Below, one piece after another: positions 1 through 11,756 of a stretch of 64,000 nucleotides of DNA. This stretch comes from Chrysomallon squamiferum. Its lineage: Eukaryota > Animalia > Mollusca. A model generated the notes under the pieces. That model did no database searches, was not told the origin of the DNA, and saw only the letters and a program-made list of their open reading frames with translations. The stretch spans positions 7,998,001 through 8,062,000 of the forward strand of contig CM022673.1 in NCBI GenBank assembly GCA_012295275.1. The letters are read 5' to 3'. The position numbers and the translations under genes were made by a program. Every line of letters starts with the position of its first letter. The stretch's first letter is position 1.

Positions 1-88
1 TCACATATGTCAAATATTAAAGATAAATTATATATTTTACCTGAACAAAATAAAAATAAAATAATATAGTAATTCTTGTGTATTTTAG

Positions 89-438
89 CTCACTTAGGCC
101 CAAATGCCATGGGATATTTTTTGATTCCAAAGTGAGTGAATATAAATTTTTATCTTTCCTGTAAAAAGAATATTACTAAATAAAAATAACCACAAAAAAA
201 AAAAAAAAATAAAAAAAAAAAAAAAAATTAATAAAATAAAATAAATAATAATAAATTAATTAAAAAAAAAAAAAATCTATTCATTATATTAGGAAGGTTC
301 GTTTATTTTTATGTTGGTGAAAAAATTACACTTTCAAGTAGTTGCCCTAACTCTAATTTGTATAAAAAGTATAAAATAAGATTAATAATTTTAGTTAATA
401 ATATTTTCAGTTTTATTTGTCTTAAAAAGAAACATTTT

Positions 439-469
<31 letters not shown>

Positions 470-2302
470 CTTTATGGTTTGGCCAAATGAATAGTTCTAA
501 AAATTAAATTGGTTGCTATGGGTAAAACTATGTGTTAAATAATCAAACAGTTCTTGCTATACCAAGTCACCATTGTTTTCTGAATATATGATGATAAATA
601 AACATGACATTGTTGCTATGGTTTCAGATCAACAGTGAGGAGATGATTGTTATTAATGTGTACAAACTGATGCAGTTGACAGCACACAAGTTTCATGCCT
701 ACTTGATGCATTTCCATTCATCTCAAAGGTCCTCCAGCAATACACAGTTTTTTCTAGGTATGTCAGTGTAATAAATGTACACAAAGAAAAAGACACATTT
801 AAAAAAAACTTAACCCAACTGAATAAGCAAAGTATTTAATATTCCTAAATTTTTATTTTATCTTATATATGAATATTTAAAAAATATATATATTTATATA
901 TATCCATGGCATGCACACACAAATAAGATCACAAAACTATATAAAAAACAACAACATTAGTATACAAAGAAATATTTATAACTTAAATAGCATAAGAGTA
1001 AATAAACCTAAAAATAAATTATTTCATATAACATAAATTATATTTAGTGTATAATTTGCTCATGTACAGATAATAAACTTATATGGATTTTGTTTCAGAC
1101 ATGATTTTGGCTTTGTCCTCACATCTGTATTCTCAGTCTACTGAAAAAATGACTGATAGACAGGCAAGTTTCAAAGTTGGGTTTCATTTTCATTCCGATT
1201 TTTTATCTATTCGTTTTATCAGTATATGCAACAAGCTAAAATGAATTTAAATATGTTAGTGGACATTTAGTCATAATGTTTAATTTGCTGTTCATTTAAT
1301 TATGTATGGCATGTAAGTCTTCATTATAATTTGTTTTCTATTACAGGAAGGGTTTAGTGGAAAGGTTTTTCCTTTATCACTCAATACAGTCAAATGGTAA
1401 GATAAAATTTAATATTGTGTGTGTGTGTGTGTGCATGTGCATATATGTATGTATGTCTATGTATATATTTATGTATATGTATGTATATATGTATATATAT
1501 GTGTATGTGTATGTATGTATTTATGTATATATGTATATATATATTTATGTATATGTATATATATGTATATCTGTGTATATATATATATGTATATATATGT
1601 ATGTATATCTATGTGTGTGTATATATATATATTAACAAATTATAGCACCTTAGCTGTTAAAAATATTTTGTGTATTCTTTCTGATTTGTACAGTTAATTT
1701 TTTTTATATATATCAGCCTTTAGGTATAATTTAAATTTTTATTTTTTAAGGTTGACTCTTGAAGCTTTTTTGTCAAAGCTGAAACAACATCACTCAGTGC
1801 ACAGCACACTCATCAAAGTACTGCAAGATATCAAGAGAGGTCTAAACAAAAAACTGGTAAGTAGTTGAATAGATAGTATCTTTCTGCCAAGTAATTTCAA
1901 GTGCTGACCTAAGGAAAGAAGGAAGGGTACACTGCTTTTTGCTTCTTTTTACTGAAACACATTTCCCCCTTTACTGGTATCTTAATATGATTCTGTATAT
2001 TTCTGACACGTTAATTTTATCTAAAATTTGTTTTTGTTGTATTAATCTGGAAGCATTATGTTTTATATGGTATTTATATGAAATAGAAATTAAAGTTTAG
2101 TAGTTTTTAAATTGAATATGTTCAAGCAGTTATTCCATTACTGAATGGTTTTTATAAAATACATTCTAAAATGGGTGCTGATCAGCTGTTTCAATAAGTG
2201 TGTTTTGTTTTGTAGAAGCAAGACAGGATTTTAGCTTTACATGAAGTAACTAGACAAAGCTCACATGACTTTGACCAAATACTGCTGAAATATTGCAGAT
2301 GA
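89..2302 (+). CDS. TERT: Telomerase reverse transcriptase, C-terminal extension (3' partial; the gene starts upstream of the window)
   Basis: Six phase-compatible exons 89-131, 628-757, 1099-1163, 1347-1396, 1751-1856, 2216-2302 splice to SLRPKCHGIFFDSK-INSEEMIVINVYKLMQLTAHKFHAYLMHFHSSQRSSSNTQFFL-DMILALSSHLYSQSTEKMTDRQ-EGFSGKVFPLSLNTVKW-LTLEAFLSKLKQHHSVHSTLIKVLQDIKRGLNKKL-KQDRILALHEVTRQSSHDFDQILLKYCR*. This parallels the vertebrate TERT CTE as I recall it (LRLKCHSLFLDLQVNS..NIYKILLLQAYRFHA..NPTFFL..VQWLCHQAFLLKL..DFKTIL). Confidence 0.93.
1417..1632. repeat. (TG)/(TA) compound microsatellite in a TERT intron
   Basis: Alternating purine-pyrimidine tract seen directly. Confidence 0.95.
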
Positions 2303-3570
2303 AAGGTCTGCCTTGTTCAACTGTTATTAGTCATACAAATAAAACAGCCATGTTTGTTTTTTATTTATATTTTGTATGTAACAGAGGTTGCTGACCAAAG
2401 ACAGATGTAACTAAAGCTGTGATCTATATTTATTTTAATATGTCTGTACGAAAGTGCTGCTTTTGGCTAAAGTAGACCATAAACAAGTGGTATTATAAAA
2501 AAGTTGTTTTGGTCTGAAACTATCAGTTATCTCTGTTTATGGAATGGGTTTCCCTGTTTGAAAAATTATTCTATTACTGATACCTAATAGTCATTAGTAC
2601 AAATAATTAAATATTTTCAAATGTTAACTATTTCTCCTAAGAATGGTATGTCTGGGAAAAGAAACCTTTAAGATGTCAACTCCAAATGATGTCTTTTTTT
2701 GTTGTTGTTTATTTGTTTCAAATACAAATTTATGTTGACAAGTATTGTACATTGTGTGTCATTTGGTTTTTTTTGTTGTTACAGATAAAACATTAGTTTT
2801 ATTTATTGGAAAAATAATAATAATAATACAAACACTGATTAATTTACAATAGTTTAATTTGTTACCAGAACAATCACCATATTTTCTTAAGCCAGTCATT
2901 GATATAATAGAGTAAAAAAAAAGGATACAGCTGTCTCTACATTTGACCTTATTAATTTTTTTTTTCAGCAAAAATGCTTAAGTCTTTGAATTGTAGAAAC
3001 ATATTGGAGAAATATTTAAGTCAATTATCAAAGCATTTATAACTGTGAAATTGTTTTGAATGATATACAGCAATGAAATGTTTAAAAGTAACATAAATTT
3101 GTTTTATATACAAAGATTATTTATTATTAATTCTCAAATGTCAATTATTGTTTTCTACTCATATGTTTATTTATAAAATTGTTTATAAATCTATTAAGAA
3201 CTTTACTGTCCAATATTAACTATTTTAGTAACAAAAGTAAAACGAAATATAAATATATATTTTATTTCTACTTTATTTATGAACAATGAAATAAATGTTT
3301 GCAGTAAATATCTATTATATTTGAAGCGAATGTTTTAAAAAGAATTATACATATGTTTTATATTTTTCCACTTTATCTATGAATAATGAAAATAAAGTTT
3401 TGTCAGTGCTTCCTTCCTGTGTTTGTGTTATATGTTGTAGATTGGACAAATAGTCGTGTCAAAATGTACAGTAAGGCTAAATCTGTAATTTGGGTTCTTA
3501 TCACAGAAACCTGAATTAACAAGTTTGTTGAGAGAAATGCAAGTCAGTTTTGCACAGAGTTTTAACCACG

Positions 3571-6500
3571 TCAGTTTCTGAATGTTCTTCCACTGAAAAC
3601 AAACACAAAAAAAAAAATATTAATGATGGTATAATAATGGTATAAAAAATAAGATATTGGTGTTGTTCTTGCTACTACTAATTTTTTTATAATCATGTAA
3701 TAAATAATTTAACTGTTATCGTAAATGATTTATACAATTTTATGTGTGGTCATTAATTCACATATACAAAAGGATAATGTAAAATAACATGGATAACAAG
3801 GTATGTAAATAATGCAAAAAAACATAAGAAACACTTAAAATCATTTTAAAAAAAGCAAGCGGGCCTCTTATATTATCAAAGATATAAATTAAAAGTGACC
3901 TGTCCATTCATTTCACGAGATATTTTAATTATCAATATTTGTCAAAATACGTCTGTTCTTTTTGTTCAGATGCAAAGTGTCTTACGTTATTGTTCGTTTT
4001 TCCTTCTTTTCTTCAGGTCGAGCTCTATTCAGCACTTTGAGGAAGTCTGATGTCTTTGCTCTCATTCGTTGATGAATGTAGGCCTGAAATTAAATATAAA
4101 ACAAAAAGGATATTACAGTAATACATCTCTATACGAAAAAAAAAAAAGATACTTGACACAGATCATTATAGCTAGCTTCAAAAACACAGATTAAAAACAT
4201 TAACATCAAAACAAAGCTCAATAAAGTAATACCTCTATACATATTTGCATTAAAAAACAATAAAACAATACCTCTATACATTTCTGCATTAAAAAACACC
4301 AAATAATATTAATTTAATAAAATATTAAGATTGAATTTTTTCCTAGATGAACCTAGAACAAGATAAAAACCATTTGGACCACTGGGACATTTCCAATATA
4401 ATCCTTGCTAAACATGGTATTGTGTATTATAAAAGTTACTTTGCTGCTAATAAAGTAGACAATGACATGGTAGCAATAATTTTCCTTGTTATTACGTAAA
4501 CACCAGCAATAACTGTCATTAACAAAAATATTTATTTATTTATTTGAAATTTTCTGAAAGATGTAAAAAAGTACTTACCTTGGAACACTTAATGTGATAA
4601 TGAAGATAATCACGTAGCGTATGGATTAAATTTATTGTGTTATCTCTAGCAGCTTTGTTTGTGTGGCGTGGAAACAGTACTGAAAATAAGAAAAAAAAAA
4701 GATTAATCAAAACGAAATAACATAGTTTTTAAACATGGGTATCTGATACATGATGCTGCAATCAAACAATGAATCTATGTTTAGATTAAAAAAGAAAAAG
4801 GTTTAAAAATTAAAAAAGCTTCAAAAATGTGATCATTCACATTAAATATTTAGCCATAACAAACAATTAAATTCATTAAAAAATAACATAGTTTTTAAAC
4901 ACAGGTATCTGATACATGATACTGCAATCAAACAATGAATCTATGTTTAGATTTAAAAAATTTAGAAAAAGGTTTAAAAATATGATCTTTCACATTCATT
5001 ATTATGCCGTGAAAATCAAATATTTAGGTATTTACCAAATGTGATGTATCCTACATTGTCTCCTGTGGCTGCATCAGTGCTCTGGAGTTCCTGTGGAGGC
5101 TCCTTGTGACTGAACAGAACTTGTGGTGCTTGCTGGTATTTCCTGCGACCTTCTCTGAACTCCTGAAAACAAAATTCAAACCACGCAATTTAGAAAACTA
5201 TGATTTTTTTTTTTTTTTTTTCTATTTTGTATAATAATTTTAAAACATGCATAACATGTATTATCTACTTAGAGATAAATGTAAGTTGGGGTAAGTAAAA
5301 ATTCACCAGGAGTAAACAGCAATTTGACACCTTAAAGACAAATAATTTACATTTAGTGCTTAAATATTATATTTTATACTGATTTTGTATTCTACTTTGA
5401 AATGGTTTCTAATGTAATTTAAATAATACTTTGAAAATAAAATGCAAAGCAGTACCTGCATAAAAACTTTTCCAATAACAATGTCATCATCGTCTTTGAA
5501 AACTGTGCTGAAAATAACTGTCACTCTGTCTTTCTTGGCTTGAACATACCTAAGAATATAAAAAATAAATAAATACAGGAACAGTTTAGTTTGTTATAAA
5601 AATAATGTTTTTAAAAAGAAAAAAGTATATTAAACATTAATCTTTAATCATTTATTTTGCTTTAATTTGTTAAAACTAGTCTTAAAAAAAAGAAAAAAAA
5701 AGAAGAAGATTTAATCATTAATATAAAAAAGAACAAAAAAAATAATAATAATAAAATTAAATAAATGAAAGAGATTAAATATGCTTTAATTAAGAAAAAT
5801 GAAAGCCTATGCATGTGCAGGTAATTGATATTAACTCCTCTAGTATAAAAATAAAAAACATTTACTTTTTGTTTCTTCATTTTCTCATTCCAAAGGGAAA
5901 AACTTTAAAAAAAATTTGAACTAACTTTATTTAAATCATTTTATGCCTCTGATTGAAAAGGCAAATAATATTTAGCTAAATAACTCGGTGTTTAATTCTT
6001 CTTCTCATTGAGAAACCATAGTAACTCACAATGTTTCATTTTCTCTATAATGAATAACAGCTTGTTTCTGTACATCCTTCTCTGCAGTCTGAAAATCAAA
6101 ATATTTCTCAAACACTGAGGCAAAACAGTTTCTTTTCAGCAGTGCAGCTTTCTGGGCTTGCTCTTCATAGTCCTCGGGTGGTTTCTCCAAATTGTACAGT
6201 AAAGAAACACTATAGCCTGAACAAAATTAACATTCATTAATTAAAGTATAACTGTGATATGAACACACAGGATAAACATTTTTTTTTTTTTTTACATGTA
6301 AAGATTAAACAAATCCCAACACCATCTTTCAATTACAAACTCAAGATTATGTTAGTTTGAAAATATTCCTCATAAAAAATAATAAAAAAAGAGAGAAAAA
6401 AAAAGAAGAAAATATGTCTTTATTATTTATTATTAGCAAAAGTGGTGTCTTAAAACACTAAATGATCACATGGAAGTAATTATTTATTGTTATTATTATC

Positions 6501-6632
6501 TGTTCCTATCAAAACATTTAAAATTATATTTAACAGGCAACAAATGCATACCTGATTCTGGAGTTGTGAGATATGAACCATATTCTCTCTTGATCAACTG
6601 TGCAAAGATAAATATAAAATAATTTTTATCTT

Positions 6633-6668
<36 letters not shown>

Positions 6669-8813
6669 GCAAAAATTTAAAAACAGATGTCAAATTAGGT
6701 TTGTTTTGAAAACTGCAAATGAATATAAAAGCTATGTAAAAATCATAATGTATGATATGATATTAGTAGTAAAATAATGTTCTGAATTTATTTAAAATAA
6801 ATAAGTAATAGGTGGCTGCTGTCAAATGGCAATTCACATTTTATAGAAATAAATAACTGAATTAAAAAACCTGTAGGAATAAAGCAGATATGATTCAGAT
6901 TTGACATAACTACAAAAAACATATATTAATAAATAAACAACCAACAGACAAAAATAACTACTCACATCATCAGCACCATGTTCTTGAAGATCCTTGTAGA
7001 ATTTAAGGGAAATGCTGACCTAATAAAAGAAGAAAAAAATGAAAAGAAAGACAAACAATAAAAAAGTTATTATTTTTGACATTATGCAACCATCACTTTT
7101 AAGATTTATTTCCCTTGTTTCAGAATCAAAGAAGGAAAAAAAACAAAACAAAAAAAATTCATATCTTCTTACATTATCAGCTGTTAACAAATAATTATTT
7201 ATTATTTATAAGCTGTTTATATTTTTAAAATTTCTTTCTGTAACTTGTAAGTATATGTATATATATATAAAATAGAAAATACCATTAGTTTTGTCTTATC
7301 TTGGTCAGGATTTGAGATATGATATAGCACCCCATCAAAATCTGAAAATATAAACAGATGTTTTCCTGAAAATATGCATGTTAAAGATGTGTTTATAGAT
7401 CATATGATGACCTAAATATACATTTAAACATACATTTATTATTTCTATGAAAAACAAACTAAAATTTGATATTTAATAAAGCCAAAGAGAATGATCATTG
7501 TTCAAATGATATATATAACAAACCTTACAGTATATCCTCTATGTAGTCATGAATGCTTTATGAAAATGTTCCAGTTTACATTTTAATATGTGCATATGTT
7601 TGTAATTAATGTAAATTACAATAACAAATATAAAAGAAAAGTCATTGTAAATACCTGCTACAGTTATATCCACACTTTCTGGTTTTGCTCTGAAATCATT
7701 AAGAAAGATGTTGTGAACACATAATTAGTAAATGTGCTTGTACAGTGTTCTTCAAAATAATAACAGAAAAAAATCAAATGTACAAGGAAGAGAAAAAAAA
7801 TTAAAAGAAGAAAAAAAGCAGTTATACTTTTTTTTTTTTAATGTATAAAATACATATAAAATGAAGTATAATATGGAACGTATTATCCATTAGATTTATG
7901 CATTTTTTTATATTTATAGCATTTTAGAATTAACTTATTATTTCAAAATGTGCAATTGTTAAAAATAAATGGATACTCATTTGATGATCTATAAATGCAG
8001 TTGAGTTTCAATGACATTCTTTAATTATTAGCTGACATTGTCTCAAGATACAATGTGAAACAGCTGACTGGAATTTGTTACTACTGCATCCTGTGTTTTT
8101 TTAACTATTGTATACTGTCTGACCCAGTGTATTTCATACGATTATTAGAGTTCAAATCTGCCTCCTAATTTTTATTAAATGTTAAAATACAAATGATGGC
8201 ATTTGTATGGTTATACCAATATTTTGTGAGTTACTTATTCATTGAGAAAACTACACTGATGTTTAAAGTGGCTTGTTGTATCAAAACAGCTGAAACATCA
8301 GCAGCCACTGGAACCAAAAATAACCCAATGGTTATATACATTTATGGTGACTGATCTTATAACAGCAATCAGGTAGTCACTTTTTATTTAATTACTTAAG
8401 TAAACTATATTTAATTTACTGATTATGTTTGGTATAATTACTCGTTTACTGACACTGTGACAGTGATGGGAAATATCTGAATCTGATAATAATTGATATT
8501 CACTTTATTTTTATTTTTATTAAACGTCATTGGTTAATGAATTAAGCCACTGGTTAATCTCTGCAGTGGATAGATAATAATTAAGTATATTCTCTTTCGA
8601 ATGCCTATCCCGTACAGCGGTACACGCCCGTTATTGTAGGTGGTCCATGTTGAGAAAATGCGGAAGTGAATTAAAGAGGCAAACTAGTTCGTGTCATTAA
8701 GAATGGTACACCACAATATTAAATACACTTTTTACTTACCCATCTAAAGCATTGCTAAATTTTAGATTCAGTGTATCTTCTACTATTCGATTACTTATTT
8801 CAAGTAAAATCAT
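3571..8813 (-). CDS. ARPC2: Actin-related protein 2/3 complex subunit 2 (p34-Arc), complete, 298 aa
   Basis: Eleven GT-AG exons on the minus strand: 8813-8740, 7689-7655, 7341-7283, 7019-6966, 6597-6552, 6216-6030, 5549-5456, 5162-5036, 4679-4579, 4083-3986, 3592-3571 (897 nt). Translation [122 protein letters not shown] is typical ARPC2. Confidence 0.98.
4374..4500 (+). mobile_element. Highly degenerate fragment of the same SINE, in an ARPC2 intron
   Basis: GGACCACTGGGACATTTCC..CATGGTATTGTG..TTTGCTGCTAA..GTAGACAATGACATGGTAGCA is collinear with 9886-10023. Confidence 0.5.
4715..5000. repeat. Tandem duplication (period about 165 bp) in an ARPC2 intron
   Basis: AAATAACATAGTTTTTAAACA..GGTATCTGATACATGAT.CTGCAATCAAACAATGAATCTATGTTTAGATT occurs at about 4715 and about 4881. 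Confidence 0.9.
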
Positions 8814-9026
8814 TTTGAACAAATTCTGCAAAAAAACCTCTACAGAAGGAAGTTATAGGTGGCGTGTATAAATCACGTGACAATATTTGAAGGTCCATAA
8901 CTCTCGTAAGATTAATAATTTTTTTGTTTTCTTTTTCTTTTCCCTTTTTGGTTTTATCGTGATTGGAAAGCATCATTTACAGTTATTTTATTATTCATGT
9001 GCAAACAAGTCATCTTGAAGGTAATA
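8814..9026. promoter_or_regulatory. ARPC2 promoter, possibly bidirectional with CROT
   Basis: Lies immediately upstream of the ARPC2 ATG. CpGs reappear locally (about 8520-8960). E-box palindrome TCACGTGA at 8873-8880, GGAAGT at 8848, and a + strand donor-like AAG|GTAATA at 9021. Confidence 0.55.
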
Positions 9027-9859
9027 CAAATATAGTTTCTTTCTAAATTAAAAAACCGAAATATGACATTAAATTTACATGTTTATCTTGAAATATAAGC
9101 AGTTTAATAGTGAGAACAATTCAGTGATAAATGAAGAATAGTAAATTCATACTATGATACTGTGATATTTCAGTTTCATCCGTCAAATAAGAAGATGATG
9201 GTATTTTACATTTCATTTGTCAAAGCAATAATTTATTTCATTCTTTGGTCAAACAAAGATTAAAAAAAAAAAAATAATAATAAATTTTAATATAAATAAT
9301 AAAAAATGTAAATCTGTATTTCGTTTTATTTATTGTTGTTGTTTTGTAACTGTTATTGTTATTGTTCTTGTTATTGCACTGGATTAAATTGGTTGAGACT
9401 GAGATGTAGAGAGTATGATGTTTTTTGAAACTGCTACTAGGAAGTTTCATAAACAGAGGGTCATAAAAAAATTAAAACTGATTAAATATATATATTTTAA
9501 TTAATATTCAGCTTTGGTGTCTTTTCTCCCTCTATCAAGCCACATTGTGCAGATCTTTATCTATTCAAAATAGCTTCTATTTAAATTTTATTATTTTAAT
9601 AATATGTATATATTTTTGAAATACATTTCACAGAGGCTTGATAAAATAGTAAAATCACTTACTTTTTTCTTTTCAAATTGTATTATTATTATTTTATGAG
9701 AGCATTTGTGTATCATTATGCATTTCATAAACCCTTTTTCATACACTGGAGTGTTTTTTCTGTTTCAATATTTCAATTTTGTAATGCCCCACAAAATGTT
9801 TCCTCATTAATGATTTTGTATAGAGGGGGGAAAAAAAATCTAAATATCTACAAGGTTTG

Positions 9860-10125
9860 ATGGGTCTTCTGACTGATCCTTGATGTGGACCTACTGGGCT
9901 GTTTGTTCCAGTCAGTAATCTATAACTGATATTATCAAATACCATGGTATCTACTGTCCTGTCTGAGGGATGCTACATATATAAGATACCTTACTGCTAA
10001 CAGTAGCACATGACATGGTAGCACTGGGATTTCTCTTTTGTCATCTAAGTGACCCTTAACCAACACCAACACCAACACCATATAACTGTAAATACTGTGT
10101 TGAGAGCATTGTTAAGTAAGACAAG
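9860..10125 (+). mobile_element. Degenerate SINE of gastropod type
   Basis: The sequence order GATCC..GGACCTACTGGGCTGTTTGTTCCAGTCAGT..ACTGATATTATCAAATACCATGGTAT..CCTGTCTGAGGGATG..CATATATAAGATACCTTACTGCTAA..CCATATAACTGTAAAT..TGTGTTGAGAGCATTGTTAAGTAA resembles a molluscan SINE consensus recalled from memory. Related fragments recur elsewhere in the window. Confidence 0.65.
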
Positions 10126-10642
10126 ATTATGTAATATTATTTTATCTATGTAGTGATCAACTTGGACACGGGTAAAGCAGTAAATCATTGCTTGGCAATT
10201 TTTAAAGGTTTTAAATAGTTGATATCAGAATAAAAATGTGTTTATTTATTTATTTATATGTTGTTGTTTTTTTTATTGAATTAGTTAAATATATTAATTT
10301 TTGATCTCTGCAGATGAATACACACACACACACTCACACATTTATTTACAAGGCTGTTACTATTTAAACCTGTCAGCAGATATTCTGAAACTATTACCTA
10401 TTGTTTTGGCCATTTGATAAAGTTTGATGTAAAATGTTAACAGAAATACTTGTTGATGTAGGATGCATATAAAACATAGGAGAAATTAGTACATGTCTTG
10501 TAAAAAGATTAAAGTGATCATTTTGAATTGACTTTTGGGGGTTTTTTGGTATAAATATTTTTTGTTTGATGTTTCTTTTTTTCTTTTCTTTTTTTAAATT
10601 TATATTTAGTAGATATTTTGTTGATGTCAGTACCTCCCCAAA

Positions 10643-10687
<45 letters not shown>

Positions 10688-11074
10688 CTCTGATTATTTC
10701 ACTGTTGACAGGTCTAAAGTGTAGTGATAGTAATATAAACCACAATGAAAACAAACACTAAGCTTGGGTACTTGCTGTCACTAGACATAATGTCAGTGTA
10801 ATTCAGGTTTCTATTATTAAAATACTTTAACACGAAAAACAACACACAAAGAAAAAAATATATAAAAATATAAAAATAAGTAAATAAATAAAATTCTAAA
10901 TTGCTGATGTTAAAAGTATTGAAAAATATATCCACATTCAAAAAATACTTCACCAGAATTGACTGATCATTCCTTCATTTGTTAAAGAAAAAATAATATT
11001 TAGTAGAAGAGATTGCAAACACAGGTGGTAGAGAATATTCACAAACACAGAACAAAATGATATAGACAAAGGTT

Positions 11075-11400
11075 ATAAAATAAGTATGACTGTTTTAAAT
11101 ATATATTTATATCTGTGATTATATAATAAGTAAATTCTCTACATAATTATTAATATCTGCAATTGTTAAAAGATGAAATAAATATTATCTGTTTTAAATA
11201 AATAATTATATCTATGGTTATATAAATAGTCCCTGAAAATTCTATGTGCTTAATTATGATTATCTGTAATTATTAAAAAGATAAAAAGTATTTCTATTTT
11301 AAACATCTGTGATTAAATAACAGAACATTTTCTATTCATAACTATGAATATATTTAATTATTAAAAAAAAGAAAAGAAAGGTATTTCTATTTTAAATAGA
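11075..11400. repeat. Degenerate AT-rich tandem repeat (units of about 80-100 bp, 3-4 copies)
   Basis: Recurring TTTTAAA..ATCTGTGATTA..AAATTCT..AATTAT..ATCTG.AATT.TTAAAAG. Confidence 0.6.
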
Positions 11401-11540
11401 TAATTCGAAAAAATATGCTTTACTTAAAAAATACAAAATATACTATTAAACAGATATTTATGTTGATGATCATACAGTAGAAAAAAAGAAAGAAAAAGCA
11501 TGTTGTGTTTGTATAACCAGGTAATGAACTATATGTGGTC

Positions 11541-11756
11541 TATAAATATAGTTGTCTGTGTTAAGTCCAAAGTTCAGTCTCATGTAATGGATAAAAAAGG
11601 CCCAGCAGTCTCAGAGGCTCTGTAAAAACCACCGAGTGTTATTAACATGGAGATAAGTGGATGTTTGCTGAAATGTATATAATTGTTTAGTTCTTGCTAT
11701 CTCCTCAAACTCGGACAACAACAGAGCAAGATAAATAGAGGGGATTACTGGTAAGG
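11541..11756 (+). promoter_or_regulatory. Candidate CROT promoter and non-coding 5' exon with an HNF4-type DR1 site
   Basis: TATAAATA at 11541, AGTCCA-A-AGTTCA (DR1) at 11564-11576, donor CTG|GTAAGG at 11751. The CROT ATG exon begins at an acceptor (13654), so an upstream non-coding exon is expected. Confidence 0.45.

Noticed and set aside
512-627. RFX X-box-like GTTGCTATGG motifs in a TERT intron (and GTTGCTTAGCAAC at 19803)
   Set aside because: Partial or isolated intronic matches with no promoter context.
1357-1697. ORF-track proteins rich in C/V/Y/M/I
   Set aside because: Translations of the (TG)/(TA) microsatellite in a TERT intron.
4715-5000. Duplicated intronic unit as tandem snoRNAs
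   Set aside because: No properly ordered C/D or H/ACA boxes on the ARPC2 sense strand.
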